DNA of 64,000 nt, taken from positions 96,001 to 160,000 of the forward strand of contig JAXMNT010000007.1 of the NCBI GenBank assembly GCA_034670305.1. Reading direction: 5' to 3'. This document shows, in pieces, positions 33,811 through 42,729 of the stretch (positions are counted from its first letter, which is position 1; each line of letters starts with the position of its first letter). The translations under genes were made by a program, and so were the position numbers. The notes under the pieces are model-generated. The model saw nothing but the letters and a program-made list of their open reading frames with translations, was not told the DNA's origin and searched no databases. This stretch comes from Deltaproteobacteria bacterium. Its GTDB lineage: Bacteria > Myxococcota_A > Polyangia > Polyangiales > Houyiibacteriaceae.

Positions 33811-34806
33811 TTGGATGCGGGGATCGAAGCACCGTACGCTCGGGCGGTGCGCATCGGAGACATGTTGGTGGCCGCAGGTCTCGTCACCGAGCCGCAGGTC
33901 GCCGAAGCGCTCGCCTCTCAGAAGTCGAGCGGGCGCCGACTCGGCGAAGCGTTGGTGGAACTCGGCTACATCGAGGAACTGCAACTCACGCAGGTGCTCT
34001 CGAACCAGCTCGCGATTCCCTGGGTGTCGCTGCACCGAGTCGAGTTCAGCCGAGAGCTGCTCACGCTGATCCCAGGCCGCGTCGCCGACGAACACGGCTG
34101 CATCCCCATCTACAAGCGGATCGTTCGCAAGGCTGGGGAGACGCTCTTCGTGGCGATGGAGGACCCGACGAGCGAGCACTCGCTCGCGGCGATCGCGGAG
34201 GTCGTCGGCATGCCGATCAAACCGATGGTGGCGCCTCCCACCGACATTCGAAACGCGATCCGCGCGTACTACTTTGGTCAGGCACCCCGCCCACCGACCA
34301 AGCGGGCGACCCGGCACCCAGCATCGCCGGACATCGAGATCGAAGTGGTCCTCCCCTCCGATCCGCCGACGCCGTCGGAGGCCTCGGTGGAGCCTGGTTC
34401 GATCCACCCCGGTTCGAACCGCCCCGGCTCGATTCCGGTGTCGGTCCCGCCGGGATCCATTCCTCCCGACCCAAACCAACCGGAGCCGGCGGTCGTCGCT
34501 GCGCCGGTGCGGAAGAAGAAGGTCGCCAAGCTCGTCACGCTCACCTTGCTCGATGGCACCACGGTCCGGCTCCCCGCGCCTCGCGCGTCGGACGACGAAG
34601 AGGAAGACGCACCCACCACGCTGACCGCCAACGACCTGGTCGCGGCTCTTCTCGCCAGGGCTCAGGGCGCCGACGTGGACGACGTCTTGCCGGACGCCCG
34701 CTGGGAGGCGCTCTTCGGCACCTTGCTCTCTCTGTTGATGCGCAAGGGGCTCATCGCGGACTGGGAGTTCGTCGAGGCTTGGAAGAAAAACCGCGCGTCG
34801 GGCTGA
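33811..34806 (+). CDS. Stand-alone MshEN/T2SSE_N domain protein (putative c-di-GMP receptor), no ATPase domain
   Basis: Tandem RIGDMLVAAGLV..Q and RLGEALVELGYI..Q motifs, LFVAMEDP, Pro/Ser-rich linker, C-terminal LLMRKGLI. Confidence 0.82.
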   Translation: MDAGIEAPYARAVRIGDMLVAAGLVTEPQVAEALASQKSSGRRLGEALVELGYIEELQLTQVLSNQLAIPWVSLHRVEFSRELLTLIPGRVADEHGCIPIYKRIVRKAGETLFVAMEDPTSEHSLAAIAEVVGMPIKPMVAPPTDIRNAIRAYYFGQAPRPPTKRATRHPASPDIEIEVVLPSDPPTPSEASVEPGSIHPGSNRPGSIPVSVPPGSIPPDPNQPEPAVVAAPVRKKKVAKLVTLTLLDGTTVRLPAPRASDDEEEDAPTTLTANDLVAALLARAQGADVDDVLPDARWEALFGTLLSLLMRKGLIADWEFVEAWKKNRASG

Positions 34807-34838
34807 CGCCCCGCCAACCGCGCGTAGAGTAGGGCGCC

Positions 34839-35111
34839 GTGTTCGTTCGATTCCTCTTCAAGAATGCGCTGGCCATGATCGGCCTGGCGGTTTTCCTCTA
34901 CGTCTTCTTCTTCGTCCCGCTCGGAGAACGCACCGCGTTCCAGCACGCCCGCCGCATCGCCGGCACCGACGAAGCGCAGGAACTCGGCCGTGAGGCAGGC
35001 GAAGCGGCCGGTCGACTCGGCGAGCACCTCCAAGAAGAGATCCAGACCCACGTGATCGAAGATGCCGGCACCCCCGACGCTGGTCCGCTGGCGGCGGAAG
35101 AACTCGACTGA
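34839..35111 (+). CDS. Small membrane-anchored hypothetical protein
   Basis: Hydrophobic N-terminus, FFVPLGERTAFQH segment; TGATG overlap with the Fpg gene. Confidence 0.7.
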   Translation: MFVRFLFKNALAMIGLAVFLYVFFFVPLGERTAFQHARRIAGTDEAQELGREAGEAAGRLGEHLQEEIQTHVIEDAGTPDAGPLAAEELD

Positions 35112-35944
35112 TGCCGGAGCTGCCGGAAGTCGAACACGCGCGCGGCCTGCTCGAGTCGCGGTTGGTGGGCCGCCGCATCCAAGACGCCCATGTCGCCGAG
35201 GACGACATCGTCTTCGAAGGCAAGACCCCGAAAGAGGTTCGGGCGAAACTGGTCGGCCGCACGATCCTCAGCGCCGAACGGCACGGCAAGGTGCACTGGC
35301 TCACGCTCGACACGGCACCGCATCCGGTCTTCCGCCTGGGCATGACCGGCGGCTGGCGGTTCGAAGGCGACGAGCCGATGCCACTCGACGCCAGCGCTGC
35401 GGCGGTCGATCGTACTTGGCCGCCGAAGTTCACCAAGCTGCGCATCGTCGTCGACGATGGAGAGATGGCGTTGACCAACGCGCGCCGACTCGGCCGCGTG
35501 TTGCTGCGCGCGTCCGTGCGCGACGAGCCCCCGGTGTCGGAACTCGGCTTCGACCCCTTCGCGTCGATGCCGAGTCCAGCAGCGTTCGTCGCGCAGACCA
35601 AAGGCCGGCGTGGGAACGTCAAAGCACTCTTGATGGACCAGTCGTTCTCCGCGGGTGTCGGCAACTGGATCGCGGACGAGGTGCTGTACCAAGCCGCGAT
35701 CGATCCGCGCCGCAAGGTGGACGCGCTCTCCCCCGAAGAACTCCTCCGGCTTCGTGCCCAGCTGGAAGCCATCGTGCGGCTCGCCGTGGAGGTCGACGCC
35801 CGCAAGGAGCTGTTCCCGAAGGGCTGGCTCTTCCACCGGCGCTGGGGGAAGAAGCCCGCCGCGAAGACGCTCGACGGCGAAGTCATCGAACGCATCAAAG
35901 TCGCCGGTCGCACCACCGCCTGGGTCCCCACCCGCCAGCACTGA
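35111..35944 (+). CDS. mutM: Fpg/Nei DNA glycosylase, zincless-finger type
   Basis: MPELPEVE, RHGK, LGMTG, H2TH KALLMDQ...GVGNWIADEVLY; C-terminal GRTTAWVP without zinc-finger Cys. Confidence 0.9.
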   Translation: MPELPEVEHARGLLESRLVGRRIQDAHVAEDDIVFEGKTPKEVRAKLVGRTILSAERHGKVHWLTLDTAPHPVFRLGMTGGWRFEGDEPMPLDASAAAVDRTWPPKFTKLRIVVDDGEMALTNARRLGRVLLRASVRDEPPVSELGFDPFASMPSPAAFVAQTKGRRGNVKALLMDQSFSAGVGNWIADEVLYQAAIDPRRKVDALSPEELLRLRAQLEAIVRLAVEVDARKELFPKGWLFHRRWGKKPAAKTLDGEVIERIKVAGRTTAWVPTRQH

Positions 35945-35984
35945 CGCGAGGCGCGTGGTCGGTGCGAAGGTGGTACCGTCGCGC

Positions 35985-37400
35985 ATGGCTGCGACCATCC
36001 TCGTCGTCGACGACGAGAAGAACATTCGACGCACGTTGCGCATGGTTCTCGAAGGCGCGGGCTTCGGCGTGCGCGACGCTGGTTCCGCCGAAGACGGGTT
36101 GAAAGAACTCGAGGCCGGAGACATCGATCTGGTCATGCTCGATGTGCGTTTGCCGAAGATGAGCGGACTGGACGCGCTGCGCCGCATCCGCGAACGGCCC
36201 GAGACCCGCGCGCTTCCGGTGCTGATGATCAGCGGGCACGCCTCGGTGGCAGAAGCCGTTCAGGCCGTGCAGATCGGGGCGACGGACTTCTTCGAGAAGC
36301 CGCTCGACCGCGACCGCGTGCTCGTCAGCGTGCGCAACGCACTGCAGACCTGGCAACTGCAGCGCGAGGTGGAACAGCTGCGTGCCAACGCGGAGTTGCG
36401 CTACGAGATGATCGGCGAGAGCCCGGTCATGCGGCGGCTCTTCGCGGAGCTCGAGAAGGTCGCGCCCACGAGTGGCCGAGTCCTGATCACGGGCGAGAGC
36501 GGCACCGGCAAGGAACTGATCGCGCGCGCGGTGCATCGACTCAGCCAGCGCAAGGACAACAAGTTCGTGAAGGTGAACTGCGCGGCCATCCCCGCGGAGC
36601 TGATCGAGAGCGAACTGTTCGGATACGAACGGGGCGCATTCACCGGCGCCCAGCAACGCCGCAAAGGCATGTTCGAGCTCGCGGACAAGGGCACGCTCTT
36701 CCTCGACGAGATAGGCGACATGAGCGCGTCCGCCCAGGCCAAAGTCCTCCGCGCACTCCAGAGCGGAGAGATCACGCGCGTCGGTTCGGAAGCTTCCATC
36801 GCGGTCGACGTGCGGGTGCTGGCAGCCACCAACAAAGATCTCGAGCTCGAGGTGAACGAAGGGCGGTTCCGCGAGGACCTCTACTTCCGCCTCAACGTCG
36901 TCCCTCTCCGGACGCCGCCGCTGCGCGACCGGCCTCAGGACGTGCCGGTGCTGGCGCAGAGTTTCCTGCGCGGCTTCTGTCAGGAGAACGGGCTCCGGGA
37001 GAAACCCATCGACGCCGACGTGCTCGAAGCACTCTCGCAACGGACGTGGCCCGGGAACGTTCGGGAGCTGAAGAACGTCGTGGAACGCATGGCCATTCTC
37101 AGTGGAGACCGCATCACCCTCGACGACCTCCCAGACGAAGGTCGACTCGGCGCCGCCATCTCCGCGAAGGCCGCGGTGCCTCAGGACAACCTCCCGTCCA
37201 CCCTCGACACCAAGGGCACGAAGATGACGCTGCGCGAGTACCGGGAGTACGCCGAGCGCGAGTACATCCTCGCGACCCTCGACGAGACCGGATGGAACAT
37301 CTCCCGCGCGGCGGTGAAGCTCGGCGTGGAGCGCACGAACTTGCACAAGAAGATGCGGACCTACGGGATCAAACGCGAGTCGCACCAGTCCGAGGACTGA
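35985..37400 (+). CDS. NtrC/NtrX-family sigma54 response regulator
   Basis: REC domain, GESGTGKE, GAFTGA, FLDEIGD, WPGNVREL, HTH. Confidence 0.96.
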   Translation: MAATILVVDDEKNIRRTLRMVLEGAGFGVRDAGSAEDGLKELEAGDIDLVMLDVRLPKMSGLDALRRIRERPETRALPVLMISGHASVAEAVQAVQIGATDFFEKPLDRDRVLVSVRNALQTWQLQREVEQLRANAELRYEMIGESPVMRRLFAELEKVAPTSGRVLITGESGTGKELIARAVHRLSQRKDNKFVKVNCAAIPAELIESELFGYERGAFTGAQQRRKGMFELADKGTLFLDEIGDMSASAQAKVLRALQSGEITRVGSEASIAVDVRVLAATNKDLELEVNEGRFREDLYFRLNVVPLRTPPLRDRPQDVPVLAQSFLRGFCQENGLREKPIDADVLEALSQRTWPGNVRELKNVVERMAILSGDRITLDDLPDEGRLGAAISAKAAVPQDNLPSTLDTKGTKMTLREYREYAEREYILATLDETGWNISRAAVKLGVERTNLHKKMRTYGIKRESHQSED

Positions 37401-37437
37401 CGTGCCGGTCGCGGGTCCGGTCCGCGTTCGGCCGCCC

Positions 37438-38340
37438 TCAGCCGCCCAGGAGGCGGCGCAGCACCGCGTCCATGCGCGGCTGCAGCCGAAGTCCCGCCGC
37501 TTTGATCGCCGCCGCGAGCGCGCCTTCGAAGGAGGCGTGCAGTCGCGCCTCGTCGACCCCGAGTTCGCGAAGTACGGGGCCCCAGCCATCGACCGCGTCC
37601 GTCACGCCCGAGACGTGGTGGGATGCGCCCATCAGTGTCGCGGCCGACGCCACTTCTAGAATGGCCGCGGCGCGCGAGCGGTGCGGATCGAACAGGCGCG
37701 AGATGTCCACCACGCAGGCCTTCGCCTCGGCGGCGAACATGGTTCGACCGAAGACGCGGGCCCGTTCCACGAGGACGGCCGGCTCATGCGCGCCGGCGAG
37801 GATCAACGCCACACACCCGGGGGCGAGTTCCAACGTCGGCATCGCCGTGGCCGCGCGGGTCCGCAGCACTTGTTCGGTGCGCTCTTCGCGCCCGCGCACG
37901 TAGCCTTCCCAGCAGGTCGCGGTGAGGCGCAGCCGCATCGCCTCGGAGAGCACGAGCTCCAGCGATCGCGCTTCGCCTGTTTCCCGCAGGGCATCGGCCA
38001 GTGTCGGCACCAAACACGTCAACGCAGAGGGCGTCGCGCCCAGCGTCGCCGCGCGGCGACCCAGCAGATGGATCATCGCGAGCCCCTCGTGGTGTTCGAG
38101 TGAGGTCTCGTCGTCCTGGGTGTGGAGGGTGAGCGCGAGCCGCAACGCGTCGGCGGCCGGCCGAGCCTCCGTACTCAGCTCGGTGCCGAGCGCCCGGTCC
38201 TCGTCGAAGGAGACGCGCTCCGACCAGAGCGTGCGGAAGACGCCCGCCACCTCTTCAGAGATCGCCGCGGCCTCGAGCTCGGCCTGATCTTCCCCCGGTG
38301 GGGTCTCGGCCCATGCGCCGTCTGGATCCAGGTCGCCCAC
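37438..38340 (-). CDS. RsbR-like protein with a degenerate STAS domain
   Basis: Helical N-domain, then MPTLEL...LAG...VVDISRL...AATLMGA...SGV...LGVD...ALAAA, collinear with RsbR STAS. Confidence 0.6.
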   Translation of the reverse strand: MGDLDPDGAWAETPPGEDQAELEAAAISEEVAGVFRTLWSERVSFDEDRALGTELSTEARPAADALRLALTLHTQDDETSLEHHEGLAMIHLLGRRAATLGATPSALTCLVPTLADALRETGEARSLELVLSEAMRLRLTATCWEGYVRGREERTEQVLRTRAATAMPTLELAPGCVALILAGAHEPAVLVERARVFGRTMFAAEAKACVVDISRLFDPHRSRAAAILEVASAATLMGASHHVSGVTDAVDGWGPVLRELGVDEARLHASFEGALAAAIKAAGLRLQPRMDAVLRRLLGG

Positions 38341-38349
38341 CGCGGAGGC

Positions 38350-39495
38350 TCAGCGCGCCACGAGCGCGTCGTGGAGCGCCCGAACCGCCGCGTCGACGTC
38401 GGCTTCCTTCAGGACGGCCGCGACCTGCAGTGGGGCGACCTCGAGCTGCTGGATCTCGAACCGATGCGCTTCGAGGACCTTCGAGAAGGGCGCGGCCAGC
38501 GACGAGCCCCGACCGATCGCGGTCACCGCGGCGTGCCCTTCCACCACTTCGGTTCCGGCCGGCAGCTTCTTCACGCGGGCGGTCCAATCGGGGATCGAGG
38601 CATCCACGAACGCGATGGTACCGGTGTCGGTCGAGCGCGACATCCGCGGCTCGAGTCCGGCTTCCGAAAGGGCCGCGAGTTGGTCGGCCGTCGTGCCAGG
38701 CAGCCCGCTGATGCGCGCGAGGTTCTTGCGCCCCACGACGGCCCGCGCGGCTTCTGAGACTGGACCATCCCGCACACAGGTCTCGCGGCCCGAGTCCGAG
38801 AAGGTGGACCGGGCTCGAATCGTGATGCCACTGCGCCGCGCGAACTCGACCGCGGCGGCGTGCAGCACCTTGGCGCCCGCCTCGGCCATCTCCTGCATCT
38901 CGTCGTAGGACAACTCGGCCAGATGCATCGCGTTCGGCACCACCCGCGGGTCGGCGGAGTAGACTCCGTCCACGTCGGAGTAGATCTCCGCGTGCGCCGC
39001 CCCGAGCGCCGCGGCCATCGCCAGTGCCGTCGTGTCGCTGCCACCGCGACCGAGCGTGGTGATCTCCCGCTTGTAACTCATGCCCTGAAACCCAGCGATG
39101 ATGACCACCTTGCCCCGGGCGAGCTCGTCCTCGATCCGGTGAGGGCGGACATCGATGATGCGTGCATCGAAGTGCCGGTCGTTGGTGATGATGCCGCTCT
39201 GCGACCCGGTGAACGAGATGGCGTCCGCACCTCGTTTCTGAATGGCCATCGAGAGCAGCGCCATGGTGATGCGCTCGCCGGTGGAGACGAGCATGTCGAG
39301 TTCCCGGCGCGGCGGTGATTCATCCACCTGCCGCGCAAGCCCGAGCAACTCATCGGTGGTCTTGCCCATCGCCGAGACCACCACCACCACGTCGTGCCCT
39401 TCCGCGCGGGTTGCGAGCACCTTGTCGGCGACGCGCCCCAGCTTGTCGACGTCCGCGACGGAACTTCCCCCGTACTTCTGAACGACGATCGGCAC
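38350..39495 (-). CDS. lysC: Aspartate kinase
   Basis: [54 protein letters not shown]. Confidence 0.96.
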   Translation of the reverse strand: MPIVVQKYGGSSVADVDKLGRVADKVLATRAEGHDVVVVVSAMGKTTDELLGLARQVDESPPRRELDMLVSTGERITMALLSMAIQKRGADAISFTGSQSGIITNDRHFDARIIDVRPHRIEDELARGKVVIIAGFQGMSYKREITTLGRGGSDTTALAMAAALGAAHAEIYSDVDGVYSADPRVVPNAMHLAELSYDEMQEMAEAGAKVLHAAAVEFARRSGITIRARSTFSDSGRETCVRDGPVSEAARAVVGRKNLARISGLPGTTADQLAALSEAGLEPRMSRSTDTGTIAFVDASIPDWTARVKKLPAGTEVVEGHAAVTAIGRGSSLAAPFSKVLEAHRFEIQQLEVAPLQVAAVLKEADVDAAVRALHDALVAR

Positions 39496-39563
39496 CCCTT
39501 CTCGATAGACCACCGATCCGGCGAGCGCGAGTTTCCGGCACACGATTCTGCCCTGGGCGGGGC

Positions 39564-40877
39564 TCAGTAGGCTTCTTGCGTTTCGGCGGCGCTCGGCGAG
39601 TCGTGCGACTGGCGCTGCGCGCGGTTGATCGTGTTCTGCCGGCGCGCAGCCCGCTCGATGGTGTCGAGCCGAGTCAGCTCCCGCCGCGCGGCCGCCGAGG
39701 TGCTGTTGTAGCCAGCAGCGCGGTGCAGATGGGCACGTGCTTCGCTGTAGCGGCCGACCCGCCGGTAACAGTCCGCGGCCTCGATCAACGCCTGCGGCAA
39801 GAGGCCGTACGCGGGGTACCGCTGGAAGAGCCGCTCGTAGTGGTTCACGGCCGCAGCGCACGCACCGCGCTGTCGGTGGCTGCGCGCGAGGTGATGCTGC
39901 GCGCTGGGCAGCAACTCCCGGTTGACGCCTGGACGTCCGATGACCCGTTCGAACTCCGCCGCCGCTTCGACGTACTGACCGCCGCGGTATCGGTTCATCG
40001 CTTCTTCGTACTCGGTGCCCTGGTTCTCGAGCGGCTCGAGGGTGTTCTCGGCGTTCTGCGCCGGCACCTGGGGCTCGCTCTCGGCTTGTTCTCCCAGTCG
40101 CCAACCATCCACATCGACTTGCGCGGCCTCGGCCTGGGCTTGCTGGCGCGCGACCGCACGCATCTGACTCTGCGCCTGTGCGTTCTGGGTGACCCGTGGA
40201 TCGGTGACGACTTCGGTCTCCAGCTGAAGCCGCTGCTGCTGCGGCTGTTGCACCTCCGGTCCGCGCTCGATGCGCGCGGTGGCGTTGCGGGTCGTCCGGA
40301 CCGGGCCGGTCTCCTCGGTCTCGGTCTCGGTGGGGAGGTCGAGGGCCACTTCCGGCTCGACCTCCGGCTCGACCTCGGGCGCGTCCCCCTCGAGTCGCTC
40401 GGTTTCCGGCGCCACCTGCGCCGTCGTCTCGGGGTCGGCCGTCAACCGTTCGGTGCGCGTCGCGAGATCCACCTCGGAGCCCCCTTCGCCCGGCAGCACC
40501 CACACGGTCATGCCCACCGCCAACATCACCCCGGCAGCGGCGAGCTGGGGTCCGTACGCAAACCCCTGGACCCAGGCCACCACGGCCGCCCACCAACCCG
40601 GTCCCACGCTCGCGGGCTCCGGTTCGGCCGCCCGCGCTTGCACCACGCCTTCGGCGCCCACCTTCTGACGCGCCGCGGCCAACACCGACGACATCATGTC
40701 CGCCGGCGGCGTCACCATCGGCAACTGCGCCACCAGGCGATGGGTTCGCTCGAGCTCTTGGAAGCGCGCGCCACAGTGCGGGCACGCGTCGACCTGCGCC
40801 CGCAGCGTCTTCGCCGTGGGTCCATCCAGCTCCCCCGCCACAAGATCGAGGAGCCGATCGTCGTGTTCGCACGCCAT
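39564..40877 (-). CDS. Zinc-finger (zf-HC2-like) anti-sigma factor with TM and C-terminal TPR domain
   Basis: N-terminal C...GELD...[10 protein letters not shown], acidic linker, TPR helices; TGATG-coupled to the ECF sigma gene. Confidence 0.85.
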   Translation of the reverse strand: MACEHDDRLLDLVAGELDGPTAKTLRAQVDACPHCGARFQELERTHRLVAQLPMVTPPADMMSSVLAAARQKVGAEGVVQARAAEPEPASVGPGWWAAVVAWVQGFAYGPQLAAAGVMLAVGMTVWVLPGEGGSEVDLATRTERLTADPETTAQVAPETERLEGDAPEVEPEVEPEVALDLPTETETEETGPVRTTRNATARIERGPEVQQPQQQRLQLETEVVTDPRVTQNAQAQSQMRAVARQQAQAEAAQVDVDGWRLGEQAESEPQVPAQNAENTLEPLENQGTEYEEAMNRYRGGQYVEAAAEFERVIGRPGVNRELLPSAQHHLARSHRQRGACAAAVNHYERLFQRYPAYGLLPQALIEAADCYRRVGRYSEARAHLHRAAGYNSTSAAARRELTRLDTIERAARRQNTINRAQRQSHDSPSAAETQEAY

Positions 40878-41482
40878 CAGCCGACTTCCTCAGCGTAGTC
40901 ACGGAACTCCTCGAGTGCCGCCTGCAGCCGCTCGAGCGCGTAGCGCATCCGGCTCTTCACGGTGTTCTCGGGAACGCCCACGATTTCCGCGATCTCTTTG
41001 AACGGAAGGTGCTGGATCTGTCGCATCAGAAACACCTCCTTCTGGTCTTCGGGCAGATTCTCGACCGCTTCTGCGATCGCGCCTTGCAGCTCTTGGCCAA
41101 TCGCATCGCGGTCGGCGCCAAGCGTCTTCGACCGGACCCGGTCCACGAGCGCGCCGCTCTCCCCCTCCCGCAGGGGCTCATCCAGGGACTTGTGGCGGCG
41201 GAACACCATCTTCCGGCCGTGGTCGATGCAGACATTGCGGGCGATCGTGTACAGCCAGGTGCTGAATTTGCTCTGCCCACGGAACTGCTCGGACCGCTGA
41301 ACCACCTTGAGGAACACGTCCTGCGTGAGGTCCCGCGCCCGGTCCCGATCCCGGACGGATCGAAGCACGAAGTTGTAGATGGGTCGCTCGTAGCGCGACA
41401 CAATCGATTCGAAAGCCTGGACATCACCTTGGTTGAACCTGTCGAGGAGCTCCTCGTCCGTGGGCTGGGCGACCGCGCTCAT
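40877..41482 (-). CDS. ECF RNA polymerase sigma factor
   Basis: DEELL...[41 protein letters not shown]. Confidence 0.95.
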   Translation of the reverse strand: MSAVAQPTDEELLDRFNQGDVQAFESIVSRYERPIYNFVLRSVRDRDRARDLTQDVFLKVVQRSEQFRGQSKFSTWLYTIARNVCIDHGRKMVFRRHKSLDEPLREGESGALVDRVRSKTLGADRDAIGQELQGAIAEAVENLPEDQKEVFLMRQIQHLPFKEIAEIVGVPENTVKSRMRYALERLQAALEEFRDYAEEVG

Positions 41483-41780
41483 CGCCGGCTCGGTCGCGGT
41501 AAAGAAGGGTGGCGATGCAGGTACAGACGGGCCGGAGGACGAATCGATCTATCGGATCCGCCGCCCAGCCAGAGCCGCGCGGACCAGAAATCTTGGGCCC
41601 TCGGCAGTCCTTCGCCGATGGCCAGGCTCCGCTGCACGCCGCGCGCAACGGGGTTTTCGGCGCGGGTCCAGAGCGGCAGAGGCATCGCGCCGGGATGATA
41701 CCCGCGGCACCGGTCCTGACCAGCCCCCGCCGCGCCGCATCTCCCCGGACATGCGAGGGAATCGCGGACTCAGGCACGCG

Positions 41781-41809
41781 TTGACCCCCTATCATGGCGT
41801 TGGTATAAG
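41781..41809 (+). promoter_or_regulatory. Sigma70-type promoter of the glt-like operon
   Basis: TTGACC-N17-TATAAG with extended -10 TG. Confidence 0.7.
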
Positions 41810-41913
41810 CCGGGGGCTGTTGCTGGGGATTGCTTTGCTGAGCCATCGAGGGCAGGCAAAATCACTGGGAACCGGAAGCTTACGGGGACATCGTCCCGAC
41901 GAGAGGGGAAGAG

Positions 41914-42729
41914 ATGCGCAGGAATGTCGCGCGCGACGGAGTCGTCTTCGGAGCACTACTCACTATGTTGGTGGCCTTTGGCCCCGACCTCGCGACGTCG
42001 TTCGCGCAACCCGAGACGGGCACGGAAGCGGAGGTCGGCGTCGAAGCCGAGGCCGGCACGACGAGTGCTGATCCGTCTGTCGATCCCGCCGCTGATCCGA
42101 CCGCCGTCGATCCGGCTGCGAGCGAAGGAACCGTCGAGCAGACCGCGACCGCGGAGCCTGTCGATGCCGGCACCTACGCGATCCGCCTGCGCGACCTCGA
42201 GCAGCGCATCAACGAGCTCAAGGAGCAGATCTTCCGCTCGAAGGCGCGTCTGTCTCTTCTGGCCGAGACCGTGCTTCAGGGCGTGGTGGCTGGTGCCCAG
42301 GCGATCATCGTGCACGAGAACCGGATGTCTTCATCCTACCGCCTCGTGAAGGCGGTGTACGCACTCGACGGCGCGCCCATCTTCAACAAGGCCGACGAAG
42401 AAGGCACCCTCAGCGACCGCGAGGAGTTCCAGGTCTACAACGGCAGCATCGTGCCCGGAGAGCACACGCTCACCGTCAACCTCGAGTACCGAGGCCATGG
42501 CTACGGCATCTTCAGCTACCTGAAGGGCTACCGCTTCAAGGTCCGCTCGAACTACAACTTCACCGCACCCGAAGGCCGCGCCGTCACCGTGCGTGTGGTC
42601 GGCTACGAGAAGGGCGGCCCGACCGCGCCCCTCGAAGAACGACCCGCCATCCGATACCAGGAGCGCGTGGGCGCCCGGGGTCGACGTGGCGATGCAGCCC
42701 AGGAAACGGAAGGGGAGGCCTCCGAATGA
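41914..42729 (+). CDS. Secreted protein (coiled coil + beta-rich domain), first gene of the glt-like operon
   Basis: Signal peptide, DP-rich linker, LRDLEQRINELKEQIFRSKARL coiled coil, YRGHGYGIFSYL.GY.FKV segment; ATGA-coupled to the next gene. Confidence 0.8.
   Translation: MRRNVARDGVVFGALLTMLVAFGPDLATSFAQPETGTEAEVGVEAEAGTTSADPSVDPAADPTAVDPAASEGTVEQTATAEPVDAGTYAIRLRDLEQRINELKEQIFRSKARLSLLAETVLQGVVAGAQAIIVHENRMSSSYRLVKAVYALDGAPIFNKADEEGTLSDREEFQVYNGSIVPGEHTLTVNLEYRGHGYGIFSYLKGYRFKVRSNYNFTAPEGRAVTVRVVGYEKGGPTAPLEERPAIRYQERVGARGRRGDAAQETEGEASE

Noticed and set aside
38350-40902. Apparent 850-aa fusion with aspartate kinase at the C-terminus
   Set aside because: The extension is an alternative frame over the anti-sigma gene; lysC starts at GTG 39495.
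41868-41895. Third ECF promoter candidate upstream of the glt-like operon
   Set aside because: GGAACC is present but GTC is 19 nt away rather than 16, and a good sigma70 promoter already explains the operon.
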